This document shows positions 26,603 through 40,740 of a stretch of 64,000 nt of DNA, in pieces (position 1 is the first letter of the stretch; each line of letters opens with the position of its first letter). The stretch is from Eledone cirrhosa (taxonomy: Eukaryota). The notes under the pieces are model-generated. The model did no database searches. It was not told the origin of the DNA and saw only the letters and a program-made list of their open reading frames with translations. The position numbers and the translations under genes were made by a program. The DNA lies in NCBI GenBank assembly GCA_964016885.1, contig OZ024740.1, positions 131,316,001 to 131,380,000 of the forward strand, written 5' to 3'.

Positions 26603-27911
26603 CTCAAAACATAGGTGGGGCACAAGACGGAGGAAAACATTTCTATTTAGACAACTTATCGAACTCATTTTGCTTTCGATGAATTGAATAAGAAAGTGTT
26701 CAACTGTTCATTCAAATGTACATCGAACGATAACAGATAAATAGAATCATAGGAAAATACTGTCTTTCGATGAATTACACATATAAACCAAATATATTCT
26801 ACAAACTAATGTGTTCCAACAGAAAAGAAACTAGTGAAATGGAGCATTATGAATGTAGCCTGAGATACTTGTAATGGACTGAAGACGTATACGCAGCGAC
26901 ACAATGAAGCCATCGTGACAGAGATGAAAAAAGAAAGAGAATGTGAAAAAAATCGAGGTAGATGGAAAGTAAAATGTTGGAACATTCCAGCCAGTATAAT
27001 ATCTATATTTAGATAGTTGTTAAAATGACCCACGAATATAAGACAATAGTGAATAGGACAAAATGTGGGTCCAATTGACAAGGACAATGGAAGTAACCAC
27101 AAAAGAAGAGACAGTCCGTTTTCCACAGTCAACTTCTAGAACACCATATAATTTTGATATATCACATTTGGAAATAGCGCAATGAACTCAAAATATATGA
27201 GAAATAAACAACTATTTAAAAAATATTGAAGGTGGTGAAGACACACAGAAAATAATTTAATGAAAATAAACGAAGCTTCTGATATGGTTGCCGTGAATGG
27301 AAAGGAAGTTTAAGATTAGATGGCAATGGTAATGTGAGTGGTGAAAATATAATTCTGATCATGCTTTGAGTATGGTAATAGATGGAAAAACGAAGTTTGA
27401 CATTGCAGAATGAGTGAGAACTGACAGATTGATATGCATGTTATATCAGCAAATGTTATTGTGTTCGTAATACATTCGTCAGTGTTCATAAGGAGGTAAT
27501 ACTTAGGAGTAAAATATGAAACAGGCGCACGGATACGAGACATGTAGCAACTTACAAGACAAAAAACAAAACAAATGGGAGTGTTTGGAGAACCACGTAG
27601 ATCATACGATTTTTAAGCCGCCAAGGTGCCTATGGGACAATTAAAAGCAAATATAATAACATAGGAAAGAAAAGCACATTTGATAAATACAATATCTTCA
27701 TTCCAATGTAAATACAAAACAAGACAGTATCAAGAATCACAAAGACCTATTGAAATATATGTTGGTATTGAGTACAAATGCACACGTCCACCATCACCAA
27801 TATCATACGCTCATACACTAACACACAAATAAATACATAAATATACGTATTTTATATACATATATATATGTATATATATATATATTTTATGTATAATAAA
27901 CAATACAATAT

Positions 27912-27989
27912 AATTGCCTCATTGCCAGAGGTTTCCCTAATAAGACGAATACGAAAAACGTCCTCATTCGTTCATCGGACAAAGCAATT
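27912..27989 (-). ncRNA. Degenerate hammerhead ribozyme, left arm
   Basis: AAUUGCUUUGU-CCGAUGA-long stem II-GAAA-CCUCUGG-CA-AUGAGGCAAUU. Confidence 0.5.
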
Positions 27990-30900
27990 TAAAACATAGT
28001 GAAATATTTGAAAAATCTTCTCAAGAAAGGCAAGAGTTTAACGGGCAAAAAAAAAATGAAGCAAGAGATATATAAAAATAAGGAAATATAGTCAGAGTAT
28101 GTGTATACATGTGTATATATTCACTCACAGATGTGTGTATGTACAAATGCATGTGTATAGTGAAAATGTGAGTGTGCGTAAGTACGTATATGAGGGCAAG
28201 CATGATAGTGTATGTGTGACCAATACGTATATAATATAAGTTGAAAAATAATGTATATCCAGATTTAGGTATTGAATATATACACATACAAGTATGAAAG
28301 CACGCGTATACACACACACGCGGGATCATTTATATGCGGAAGATAACAAGGGAACGGAGGGTATTAGTCAAAAAGAGTCTCATATTCGATACATATAAAA
28401 ATGAAACAATATATGAGAAAGAAAAAAAATGAGTTTAAATCAAAGAGAAAGAAAGAGCGAGGCGTTATCAATTAAACACTAGAGAATAATTAAACAAACA
28501 TAGGTTCGCACGTACGCACATATACATATACATATACATATATATATATATATGAATACGTACATGCAAATGCGCATGCATATGTACATACATACACACG
28601 AAGCACACATATATATACATATATCGGCACACTTATATCTAAGCACACATACGTACTCGACTATATACATACATATATGCATACACACACATACATACAT
28701 ATACATATACATATATATATACATACTTATACACATACGTTCACCCCCCTACACACACTCGTATACATATACATACAAAAACACACATGCTCACACATAT
28801 GGACACATCACACTCACACATACGGAGGCGCATGCAAACTCACACGCATAGATACAAAATATAGACCAGCCATATAAAAAAAAAAGAAATACAAATATAA
28901 AAGCGGCTGCGAAACAACAGAATGTATCTGGATTTGAAATCGCAAGTAACAGTGATATCAGGTAAGGAAAGAAAATGGGGAAGTAAAGTGTGGAATGTGA
29001 AGATATTAGGTAAGTGAATCAAATATTGGGAGGGGGCGGGGGCACTGGTGGATGTGAAGTGAAAATCAAAATCAAAGTAAAGTTAAAAATGAAAGTAAAT
29101 CAGAAAGAGAAGTCTGTAAAGAGGATAATTTAAGGAAAGTGAAGAACAAGAGTTTATGGAGGATAATTATCTGAAAGTGAGTTAAGTTTATATGAGTTGG
29201 AAAGCAAGTGTGATTTCGTGTGTGGGCAACAGGTGAAAATGTCTGTTTTTGTATTTAGACCGGTTTTTGGTGATTTAAGGTTCGGCAAAATCCAATATTT
29301 TTCACTGATGCAACGTGTGCATCTTCTTGTCCTCTTGCATATTCTTTAGATTGGTTCAAAATTGACCAATCCAATTTATATTGGATACCTCGGTCTTTCA
29401 AATCCCATATTCTGCTAGCCAGAGTTGTTGTAAATCTTTTTTTCTGGATGTCGGAAAGATGCGACATGTGAGTAATAACGCGTTTTGAATTTGTTTTGTG
29501 TCATACCCACATATTCGCTGGTAGCTGGTAGGTTGTTGCTGATGGTTGTCACTTTAGCCGCATATACAATGGCTCTTTACTAATAATGACACTTGGGTAA
29601 CAATATCTAACCCAGAGAACCCATTCGACGTCTCAATGGGTTCTTTTGACATTGCTGATGTTTGTGATTTAGTCGGCCTATTCCTCCTAAACACACTTAA
29701 AGAAAAATTCCTTAACCATATAGTTGGGCTTTATCGGACGATGGCCTAATACTTTCCCATACCGCCATAGGCCATAACTTAGATAGATTAAGGAAAGACT
29801 TTATAAAAACCTTCGCTAGTTTTAATCTTAAAATTACTATTGACACTCACCTTTCCAATGTTAATTTTCTAGATATAAACCTAGATCTGCCTACTGCTTC
29901 TTATAAACCGTACCATAAACATAATGACAATTTAAAATATATAAATAAAGGCTCTTGCCATCCTCCTATAGTTTTTAAAAACCTTATCCCTAATATTAGC
30001 CGTAGGATCTCTACCCTCTCTTCCTCAGAAGCTATTGTCAATAAGGCATCCCCCTACTATTATAAAGACCTTCAAAATAACGGATTCAGCGAACCGATGA
30101 AGTACATACCCAACAATACTAACTCCTTTAAACATAATAATAGGAAAAGAAAAATAATTTGGTTCACACACCCCTACTCTCTAGCAGTTAAACCTAATGT
30201 AGGCAAAACATTCCTATAGCTTTTAGATAAACATTTCCCTATAACACAGATACTATAAGATCTTCAATAGAAACTCTGTCAAAATTAGCTACTCCTGCGG
30301 TCCCCCTATTAAATCGTATACCAACAATAAGAAAACACCAAGAGAACATCAAAATTGCTCCTGTAGAGTCAAAGGTGAATGTCCATTACAAGGTAAATGG
30401 AACACCAAAGCCATTGTATATGCGGCTAAAGTGACAACCATCAGCAACAACCTACCAGCCACCAGCGAACGATATGTGGGTAAGACACAAGACAAATTCA
30501 AAACGCGTTATTACACACATGTCGCATCTTTCCGACAACCAGAAAAAAAGATTTACAACGGCTCTGACTAGCAGAATATGAGATTTGAAAGACCAAGGTA
30601 TCCAATATAGATTGGATTGGTCAATGTTGAACCAATCTAAAGAATATGCAAGAGGAACAAAAGATGCACACTCTGCATAAGTGAAACATATTGGATTTTA
30701 CAGAACCTTAAATCACCAAAAAGCTGCGTAAATACAAAAACAGAAATGTTCACCTGTTGCCCACACATGATATCACACTTGCTTTCCCGCTCATATAAAC
30801 TTAACTTACTTTCAGATAGTTATCCTCCATAAACTCTTGTTCTTCACTTTCCTTATATTATCCTCTTTACAAACTTCTCTTTCTGATTTACTTTCATTTT

Positions 30901-31970
30901 TAACTTTAATTTTATTTTTATTTTCACTTCAATCCATCAGTGACCCCCCCCCCATTTTTGATTCACTTACCTAATATCTTCACATTCACACTTAACTTCA
31001 CCATTTCCTTTTATTACCTCTTATCATATGTCACTTGCGTTTTCAAAACCAGATATATTCTGTTGTTTCGCAGCCGCATTTATATTTGTATCTCTTTTTT
31101 TTTATATATGGCTGGTCTATATTTTGTATCTATGCGTGTGAGTGTGCATGCGCCTCCGTATGTGTGCGTAAGTGTGCCTATATGTGTGAGCATGTGTGTT
31201 TTTATATCTATATTTATACGAGTGTGTGTAGGGGGGTGAACGTATGTGTATATATATATCTATATGTATGTATGTGTGTATGCATATATGTATGTATATA
31301 GTCGTGTACATACGTGTGCTTAGATATAAGTGTGCCGATATATGTATATATGTGTGGCTTCGTTTGTATGTATGCACGTATGCATGCGCTTTTGCATGTA
31401 CGTATTCATATATATATATATGTTTATATGTATATGTGCGTACGTGCGAACCTATGTTTGTTTTATTATTCTCTAGTGTTAATAGATAACCCCTCGCTCT
31501 TACTTTCTCTTTGATCTAAACAACATTTTTTTCTTTCTCATATAATTTTTCATTTTTAAGTGTATCGAATATGAGACTCTTTTTGACTAATACACTCCCT
31601 TCCCTTTTTATCTTCCGCATATAAATGTTCGCGCGTGTGTGTTTATACGCGTGCTTTCATACTTGTATGTGTATATATTTAATACCTAAATCTGGATGTA
31701 CATTATTTTTCAACTTATATTATATACGTATTGGTCACACATACACTATTATGCTTGCCCTCATATACGTACTTACGCATACACACATTTTCACTATACA
31801 CATGAATTTGTACATACACACATATGTACATTTGTGAGTGAATATATACACATTTATACACATACCCTAACTATATTTCCTTATTTTTATATAACTTTTG
31901 CTTTATTTCTTTTGCCCGTTAAACTCTTGCCTTTCTTGAGGAGATTTTTCAAATATTTCACTACGTTTTA

Positions 31971-32048
31971 AATTGCCTTGTCGGATGAACGAATGAGGAC
32001 GTTTTACGTATTCGTCTTATTCGGGAAATCTCTGGTAATGAGGTAATT
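31971..32048 (+). ncRNA. Degenerate hammerhead ribozyme, right arm
   Basis: AAUUGCCUUGU-CGGAUGA-ACGAAUGAGGACG...CGUCUUAUUCGG-GAAA-UCUCUGG-UA-AUGAGGUAAUU; 11-bp stem I with GU pairs. Confidence 0.55.
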
Positions 32049-32154
32049 ATATTGTATTGTTTATTATACATTAAATTTAGCTCTGGTACTTACATAGAGC
32101 ACTCTTCACTCATATAACTTTTTCAATTTTCAACGGAATCTTCAATACTTATAT

Positions 32155-32219
<65 letters not shown>

Positions 32220-32227
32220 AATATATG

Positions 32228-32275
<48 letters not shown>

Positions 32276-32355
32276 CATATATTTATGTATGTATTTGTGT
32301 GTTAGTGTATGTGCATGTGATATTGGTGATGGTGGATGTGTATATATATATATAT

Positions 32356-32580
32356 AGTTATGTAATAAAAGACATATATTCATATATTCATATATGTTTT
32401 CAGTCGTCAGAATGAATAAATAGATTCTATATTATTCATTCTGAGAACTGAAGACAGATATAAATCTCTGTTTTCAAGAAACGACTGGTAAATGAAATAA
32501 TTATCTTCTGTTGTTTATTCCATAACTAAAAAGCTCTGTAGTCTACATACAGCACTCTCTTTTCCTTTACTTTTCCTACG
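32356..32580. mobile_element. Mini fold-back PLE relic containing an HHR at 32435-32496 (+)
   Basis: UUCAUU-CUGAGAA-CUGAAGACAGA..UCUGUUUUCAA-GAAA-CGACUGG-UA-AAUGAA; the left arm gives UUCAUU-CUGACGA on minus; same family as 22870-22960. Confidence 0.65.
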
Positions 32581-33207
32581 GAAATACTTTATTCATATAT
32601 ATATATATATATATATACATCTGTGCGTGTGTGTGTGTATACACGTGCGCACGTGTGGGTGTGTATGTGTGTGTGTGTTTGCACATTCTTGAACAGAACT
32701 TATTTTCGTCGATATTTTTTTTTATAATGTTATTTCTATGTGTATATGTGAGTATAAACATGTATACATCTATGTTTAATACATTAACTGCATTCTCAAA
32801 ATTTAAAGAAATAAACAAGATATGACATGCTAGGTTCTCTTTAGCGTGTAATCAGGCTTTTATCAAACTGTCTATATGATCGACACAAATAGCTTTGAAT
32901 AAAAATGTCACTCAGTACCTGTTCATTACCTATGAGTTGGACAGAATTATTTATTGTATAGGGAGACTTTATATATTCTATAGGGAGACTTTGCATCTAT
33001 AATTGTAGAACTAAATAACCCCATACTAGTTGAATGAGATCACATTAGTTATGCATGCATACCATCAGTCACATTCGTACATGCTCTTACACTCACAAAA
33101 AAGCATATATATATATATATATATATAATATATATATACATATATATGTATCTATATAAGTATATATAAGTATATATACTTATATATATGTATATATAAA
33201 TATATAT

Positions 33208-33245
<38 letters not shown>

Positions 33246-33246
33246 G

Positions 33247-33316
<70 letters not shown>

Positions 33317-33649
33317 CGTGCGTGTGTGTGTATGTGCATGTGTGTCTGATGGTAGCAAAGATGCTTCCGTAGGTGGGCGGTATGCCGGTTGAGCACTCTA
33401 TGCTCTTACAGAGCAGAGTATATATATCTATATGTGTGTGTGTGTGTGTGTGTGTGTAGGTTTGTATATAAGAATTGTGCATACAAAAAGCAAATTAGTG
33501 TGCTTCGTGAGCTGAGAGTGGGGAAGGGATTAGCGGGTGCCTCGCAATGTGACGTCATATCGGCAGAGTATATAGTTATGGTTTCAGCTCTCTGCAGTCA
33601 TTACAAATGTTTAGCTTGCTTTTGTTAACAGTTACTCAATTTTAGGCCG

Positions 33650-33985
33650 TCTAGCGATGAGCAAATAGTAACCAACCAAGCCGAATTTTCTTGTCCGGAT
33701 GTTGAAAACTTGATCAGAAGCACTCTGGATACTGTAGTAAGTGTACAGAGATAAAACGATAGGCAATCGCGGATTTTTGAATGGTACAAAAGGTTTAAAT
33801 GGGCGCGAGTTCGGAGAAGACTACACCAGGAGTACGAGATTTTCAACGAGCAAAATTAAGGACAACGTTGAGAGATTGAGGCAGGCAGTGTGTGGCGACC
33901 CCCAGATGACTGACTCATTGCAGGTGGTCTGGACAAGAACCGTAAAGGTGGTTGAAAGATTATCACCAAATATTTTGGTATATTG
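33650..33985 (+). mobile_element. Decayed mariner transposase N-terminal (HTH) fragment
   Basis: IFEWYKRFK followed by a frameshifted REFGEDYTRSTRFSTSKIKDNVERLRQAV, resembling the mariner WxKRFxxGxExxEDxxRSGRPS motif. Confidence 0.7.
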
Positions 33986-34341
33986 AATGTCGCCGGCTCA
34001 CAACTGCCTGAGCCTCCCGCAGTTCCGGGTCGAGAGGAACATCGCCATACTGGAACAATATACTTATTCAACATACCTTGCTCAAGGTGACTTTTTTCCT
34101 CTCTCCAAGATAAAGGTTCAATTTTGGAAGGCATAGAACCCATCAATAGTGGCATAACGAAGGGGTTGAGGGGCATCCCAGACGACTCCTTCTAGCAGTG
34201 CATAGAAGCGAGGCTTGGAAGGATGAAAATGTACATTAGACTCGAAGAGCATTACTTTAAAGTGGAAACCATGTAGTTTGTTGTTTGGAATTGAATTAAC
34301 TTTTTTGACACCAGTCCCTTTTCCTGTCAGACAGACAACGA

Positions 34342-34394
<53 letters not shown>

Positions 34395-34420
34395 AGTATA
34401 TATATATAGGAAAATGTTTA

Positions 34421-34515
34421 ACCCCGACGGCAGAGCTCAAACCGTGTCGACGGCTATTTCTGGACTAAATTAGAATTTTTAGCGTGGTAATGAATACCCG
34501 AATTCTTCAAGGGGT
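34421..34515 (-). ncRNA. Degenerate hammerhead ribozyme, left arm
   Basis: ACCCC-UUGAAGA-long stem II-GACA-CGGU..GCCG-UC-GGGGU. Confidence 0.5.
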
Positions 34516-37500
34516 AATTCCTTATATGGGAAGATTGTAGTTGTCAAATGGATTAGTCAAAACTTCTTGTAAACACAATTAAATATTTCATGGAAGTGGG
34601 TGGGGTGGGGTGGTTGAACATGCCTGTAGAACCGTGAGGTAGTTGGTGGAGCCGGTCAAGCGTTGAAAGTGAATTCTATATAGCAAATTATAAGGAGTGT
34701 GTATGAGATTAGGCTAGTAAGGAAGCAGGCGAAGAAGGATACTGAGAGAGGTCGTTAAAGAAATGGTTAATTAATTAAGATTAAAAGATATTATATATAT
34801 ATTAAAAAAAAAATAAGAATAATAAAATTAAATAGTAAAAAATATAAATAAACTCTAGAGTCTAAAGCAGTTGTTATATGTTTAGCTGGTAATGCGTTTT
34901 CGGCCAATTCAATATATAATTTCCTGAGATGGCGGTATTGAGCCAACAGAACCCGATGGGCTACCTTGGGTTTGGCGAAAGAGGAAAAAGGAAAAGAAAG
35001 AGGATAGTGAGTGGAAGGAAGTTATAAGAAGAGATGAAGGGAAGAAGAAAAGGAAAAGAAAAAGAAAAGAAGTACATCTACCTATGTATGCTGGGGTTTC
35101 CGCTAACTTGTTCTGCAAGTGGTGAAAAGAAGGATGTTGGACCCATTGTCTACCCCCCTGGTCATGAGGGGGTTTAACGGCGAACTAAATCTTAGGCAAT
35201 CGGTATTTACATGCAGTTACAAGTTCGTCTTTTTTGTTTAGGAGTTGGTCCTTCGTAAACAGCATTTGTAATGTTTCCTCCGAGCATAAGTTACACGGAC
35301 GCCGTCCTCCCATGTAGGAGTTGTCCCTGAACAGTAAGCTCAAAAGAAGGTTATATATTATGTTATTAACTTGGAGATACCAGATGCGGCCCGAAAGTGT
35401 AGTGGCATGTCGCCGGGCCGGGTTTCGGACGTATGTCGGTGTTGGTAGAGCCGGGTCTGAAGTCGTAAGTGGTTAATCCTATATAGACTTTGATGAAGTT
35501 TTCCGTCCTCACGTTGCATTGGTTTCGGCATCTGTTGTTGAGAGGGCACGTATATCTATTAGGGCAGTTACACCTCCTGGTCGGCTCGCCACTAATGTCT
35601 AACTTGTTTCCTCCATAGTGGTTGAGTTTCTTGTTGTTTGAGAAGGTGATGTTTTGTGCGAAGTTGGGTGTGGTGTTGTAGGAGAGTTCGATAGTATTTG
35701 TGTTGATATGTTTTGGTAGCGGTGTTGTGGTGTGAAGAGTTTTTCGATGAGCCTAAAGAAGATTATCCCGATTGGTGTTGCCACCTTGGCATTGTGGGGA
35801 GTGTTGAACCACGTTACCTGGCGCGAGCGGCTCTGTCGCCTCCTGGTTCCACTAAGGGAAGCTGGAGAGAAGAAGATTTCCTCCCGAAAGCCGCTTTGCC
35901 CGAGGGCCTGGTTGTAATTAGGCGCATGTTCATCGAATATCTGCTCATTAGCGTACAAACGTGATATGCGTAGGGAGATGTTTAACCAGGTTATTGGTAA
36001 TGTTTCTAGGATGCTTAGAGCAGCGGTGGATGTAGTGAAGATTGATGTTTGGTTTTCTGTATGGGTAGTACAGATAATTTTCGAGGTTGAGGGTAACATC
36101 CTGGAAATTGACTCTGGTTAGGGACGTTTGAAGTGTGATTTTATATCGCCAGTCCCAGAAAAAAGTAGATAAGTAGTTTACGGACCCGGTCTGTACTACT
36201 GGGGCTGTACCCTTTGAGGGTAACGAGCCCATCGTCTCGGTACAATCCACCACTGAATGCAGGAAATATTTCGGTGAGTTTATGTAGTAGGAATCATCCT
36301 ATAAGATCGGTCACCTCGGACAAGTCGGTCGCGCCCATACTGCCGTCGAAATGGGAGTAGGGAGCTCTCTTCATCCACTTGGCGTTGTGGAAAAGGAGGA
36401 TTGTCTGCCTGGCGTGGAGAATTATGTTACTTTCCTGTCGGTGAAGGGTCTGAGGGTTTTGGCAAAGTCAAAAGCGACAATAAGGAGCGGTAAGGTAATA
36501 GAGGCGTAATAGCTCTCTATGTCGAACTGGAGGAATTTGATGTGCGATTTGTCCTCAACATTCCTGAAACATGAGATGACTTCTTGAGTGCTGACCCAAA
36601 GGCTAAGTCTCGCGTTTTGCTTAACTTTTGGTATAACGCTATCTAGTATACTTTTACTGATTCTCCCTATGTCCGACTTAGTCGGCTCTATAAGCCTGAT
36701 GGATGGAGGAAACATCCTAGACATTATTTGAGAGCCGACCAGGAGGTGTAACTGCTATGATAGATCCACGTGACCCTTCAACAACAGATGCCAAGAACGT
36801 AACGTGATCTACCAATCGGTGTTTACATGCAGTTACAAGTTCGTCTTTTTTGTTTAGGAGTTGGACCTTCGTAAACAGCATTTGTAATATTTCCTCCGAG
36901 CATAAGTTACGGCGTCCTCCCGTGTAGGAGTTAGCCCTGGACAGTAAGCTCACAGTAAGGTGATATGTGAGCTACCAATGCAACGTGAGGACGGTAACCT
37001 CCAACAAAGCGTATATAGGATTAACCTCTTGCGACTTCAAGCACGGCTCTACCAACACCGACATACGTTCCGACATACTACACTTTCGGGCCACATCTGG
37101 GATCTCCAAGATAACAACATAACATATAATCTTACTTGGAGCTTACTGCCCAGTGATAACTCCTACACGGGAGGACGCCGTCCGAGTAACTTATGCTCGG
37201 AGGAAACATTATAAATGCTGTTTACGATGGACCAACTTCTAAGCAAAAAGGACGAAGTTGTAACTGCATGTAAACACCGATTGCCTAGGACTTGGCTTGC
37301 AATCAAACCCCCATTATGATGCGGGTGCGTAGACAATGGGTGCAACATCGTTATTTTCACCACTTGCCGAACAAGTTAGGGTAAATCAAGCATACATAGT
37401 TTTATGTACTTCTTTTCTTTTCTTTTTCTTTTCTTCTTCCCTTTATATCTTCTTATCACTTCCTTCCACATCCTCTCCTCTTCATTTTCCCTTTTCCTCT

Positions 37501-37954
37501 TTCGCCTACACCAAGGTAGCCCATCGAGTTTCTGTTTCCTCAATACCCCACCCCAGTAAATTATATATAGCATTGGCCGAAAACGCATTACCAACTAACA
37601 ATATAACAACTGCTTTAAACTTTCGAGATTTTTTTATATTTTTTACTATTTAATTTTATTATTCTTATTTTTTTAATTTATATATTATCTTTTAATCTCA
37701 ATTTATTAACCATTTCTTTAACGTCCTCTCTCAGTATCCTTCTTCGCCTGCTTCCTTACCAGCCTCATCTCATACACACTCCTTAGAACTTGCTGTATAG
37801 AATTCACTTTCAACGCTTGACCTGCTCCACCTATTCCCTCATTGTTCTACAGTCAAGTTCAGGAACCCCATCCCCACCCACTTCCATGAATGATTTAATT
37901 GTGTTTACAAGACATTTTGACCAATCCAGCTATAATCTTCCCATATAAGGAATT

Positions 37955-38050
37955 AGCCCATGAAAAGTTCGGGAATTTATTACCATGCTAAAAATTCTAG
38001 TTTAGTCCAGAAATAGCCGTCGAAACGGCTTGAGCCCTGCAGTCGGGGTT
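37955..38050 (+). ncRNA. Degenerate hammerhead ribozyme, right arm
   Basis: AGCCC-AUGAAAA-...-GAAA-CGGC..GCAG-UC-GGGGUU; its mutations complement those of the left arm. Confidence 0.5.
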
Positions 38051-38172
38051 AAACATTTTCCTATTCCCCACTCTACTACACTAAGTATTGAGTACTCAGG
38101 TAAATTATGGTCCATCAGGTTCCTTACCACACTTCCTTCGTTATATATATATAATATATAAATATATATATT

Positions 38173-38284
<112 letters not shown>

Positions 38285-39067
38285 TAATATACATATATAT
38301 ATATGTAAACATACACACGCACACAGACACACAAACACACACACACACACACACAATTCATATACAAGTATACATATATAAATTAAAGATTAACTAGTCA
38401 CAAATATTCAACATCACAATAAATGGATAAAATATACAGATAGAATATCAATCAGAGAAGCAATATTGCATATTACATTCTAGTGAAAAAAAAATCTGTT
38501 TAAGGGCGTATAAAGAAGATTTGTTAAATCTAGATCACCCTATCCCATGGTTTCATCTGCAGAAGAATTTATTATTGGAAAAGACCAACATTTGAAGAAT
38601 CCGAGTTTGTGTAAATATGTTGATATATATAGCTATATGATATACTGCAGTAGACAATGTCCTACCTGGTGTGTGTTTGAATCGTAATTATTTCATATGA
38701 CAAATCTTACGATGCATTATTTATTGATATATTTTGCGGCTGACTGTTGAAATGTACTCGATACGTGTGTATGTGTAAGCCATGTCTGTGCTATTTCATG
38801 ATACCCTTTCTGTTGGGAACAATGTTGATATTGAAATATACATGAAAATACACACAAGTTTAAAATATTAGAAGGCCATTTGTAGTATCAGTTCATGCAT
38901 TTACTCCGGCATTCTGCCTTCCATTAATTATGAAAAGGGCAGTGAGATACTTGACATTCTCCATTTCCTTCAGTAGAACAATATTAGCATGATAGGTGCC
39001 CTAACTACAGTACTAAACTACAAATCTAGCCAACGCATTTTGGAGATCAGATTCCATTCATGTTAAA

Positions 39068-39190
39068 TAATTGTTTCTACTTTTGGCACAAGGCCAGCAA
39101 TTCACCAGTGTATTACTGGTACTTTATTTTATCGACCTCGTAAGGATGAAAGGCAAAGTTAACCTCGGCAGGATCTGAATTCAGAATAGA
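39068..39190 (-). mobile_element. SINE, 5'-truncated
   Basis: TTGTTTCTACTTTTGGCACAAGGCCAGC...GGATGAAAGGCAAAGTTAACCTCGGC. Confidence 0.8.
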
Positions 39191-39641
39191 AATGTTAAAT
39201 ATTACCATATGATCTTCATATACTAGTCTAATGATACCCTAACCACCAGTTTTGATACCAGATTCAAACCTGTTGTGCAAGTCAATACTATACCCTAATA
39301 TTCAAAACAAAAGTGGTGAGAGTAAGCACGCATTTCTGTTGAGCGTTTCCGCAGATCCAGACAACAGTACATACACGAGACAGCTAAATACTTATTAATC
39401 ATCCATTAACAAAATTAAGTTATTTGAGTAATTATAGTATAATTACGGGATTATCTGCCCATGAGACTCTGCTATATATTTTAAAAGCTCCTCGGTTTGC
39501 ATGCCATTTGTTTGTTATGATAGACCTACGGACTATGTGTTCTTAACGCTTGGATATTTTTACCAAGATTGAACTGCTATACACACACACACATACACAC
39601 AACACGCACACACACACACACGCACATATATGTATATATAT

Positions 39642-39648
39642 AGAGCGA

Positions 39649-39726
<78 letters not shown>
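39642..39726. repeat. (GA)n microsatellite
   Basis: Direct inspection. Confidence 0.95.
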
Positions 39727-39729
<3 letters not shown>

Positions 39730-39859
39730 GAAGTTGCAAATAGTATGGAAAAGATATTTTAAGATCTGTTTTCATTTTTTTTTCCTTTCTTTGATGCAAA
39801 GAGACGTTATTGAAACGAAGACATTATTGAAAAAATGAGAGGGACAATTCTTTTAAAAA

Positions 39860-40740
39860 ATAGTTTTATAATGTATAAAATGTATATAAACTATTACCGG
39901 TTTCGATGTATTATTACAATTCATCTTCTCAAATGTTGACTCTTACAATTAAAAAGTATTAATAAAAAGTATTAATAAAAACATAAAATTAAAGATTTAA
40001 AATTAAATGTTGGGGTAAGTTTTTTTTTCCATTTTCCTTGCTTAGAAAGGGACAGAATAATGAGTTCTTGTGTAAATATAGAGAGAGGTGTGTAGTCATG
40101 ATAGTAGCAGCAGTGCTGGTATATGTGTTTGTTCACAGAACAAAATTGTGTTTTGGAGGAAAAGGAAATATTCTGTAAATATGTGCCTGTATATCTGATT
40201 GTGTTAATTGACTGGTCAAGCGTTCAAATGGGGGTGGCAAGGGTGATGGGTAATTGTAAGTTAGAGACAAATTATATAGCAACAGTAGGGTTGTAAACTG
40301 ACTTCTATTGTTGGAATATGGTTTTAAAACGCATTCTCACTGGAACAAAGGTACCAAACCAATCTCCAGCCTTAGGGTAACAGAAAGCGGAAGAACAAAC
40401 TATGGCACATGCCAATACTTAATTGCTGCAAAAAAATTCACGTTTAAAGGTGACCAAACTTTCACAGTGAAAAACAACTTACTTTGCAACTCAGAGTACC
40501 TGATCCACGTAATCACATACGGTGGCTGTCGACATAACTATATAGGACAGACGGGTGTGTCATTACGCAAAACAATGACCATCTATCGCAAACAAATCCG
40601 AGACGTAAACACAAGAAAAATCCCCTTAAGTAGCCACATTGCACATTGTGCAGGAATGACCCTACCCAAGTTTAAAATCTTCCCCTTTACAAGTGCCACG
40701 ATTCTTTCACTCAACAACAAAGAATAAATAAAGAAAAACG
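39860..40740 (+). mobile_element. Neptune-like PLE fragment: GIY-YIG (40345-40727) preceded by a probable inverted tail with an HHR remnant (39891-39935, minus)
   Basis: SGRTNYGTCQY linker, LLCNSEYLIHVITYGGCRHNYIGQT..LRK.M..YRKQI; minus strand GAGAAGA...GAAA-CCGG-UA. Confidence 0.75.

Larger units (their letters stand above)
27891..32120 (+). mobile_element. Penelope-like element (Naiad-like) with ~1.7-kb inverted pseudo-LTR
   Basis: Arms 27891-29575 and 30408-32069 are reverse complements; centre encodes VSMGSFDIADVCDLVGLFLL, frameshifted GLYRDDGL (~29728), CSCRVKGECPLQG and a GIY-YIG (IVYAAKV..YVGKT). Confidence 0.9.
34408..38140. mobile_element. Penelope-like element (Naiad-like) fold-back with ~1.1-kb arms
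   Basis: Minus strand RT (PTKSDIGRISKSILD, FLQFDIESYYASI, WFNTP) 35599-36724; arms 34408-35520 and 36977-38064 inverted; extra minus-strand duplicate 36810-36965. Confidence 0.9.

Noticed and set aside
33985-34330. Minus-strand host exon (AG/GT signals present)
   Set aside because: All three frames stop between the acceptor and the donor; no recognisable product.
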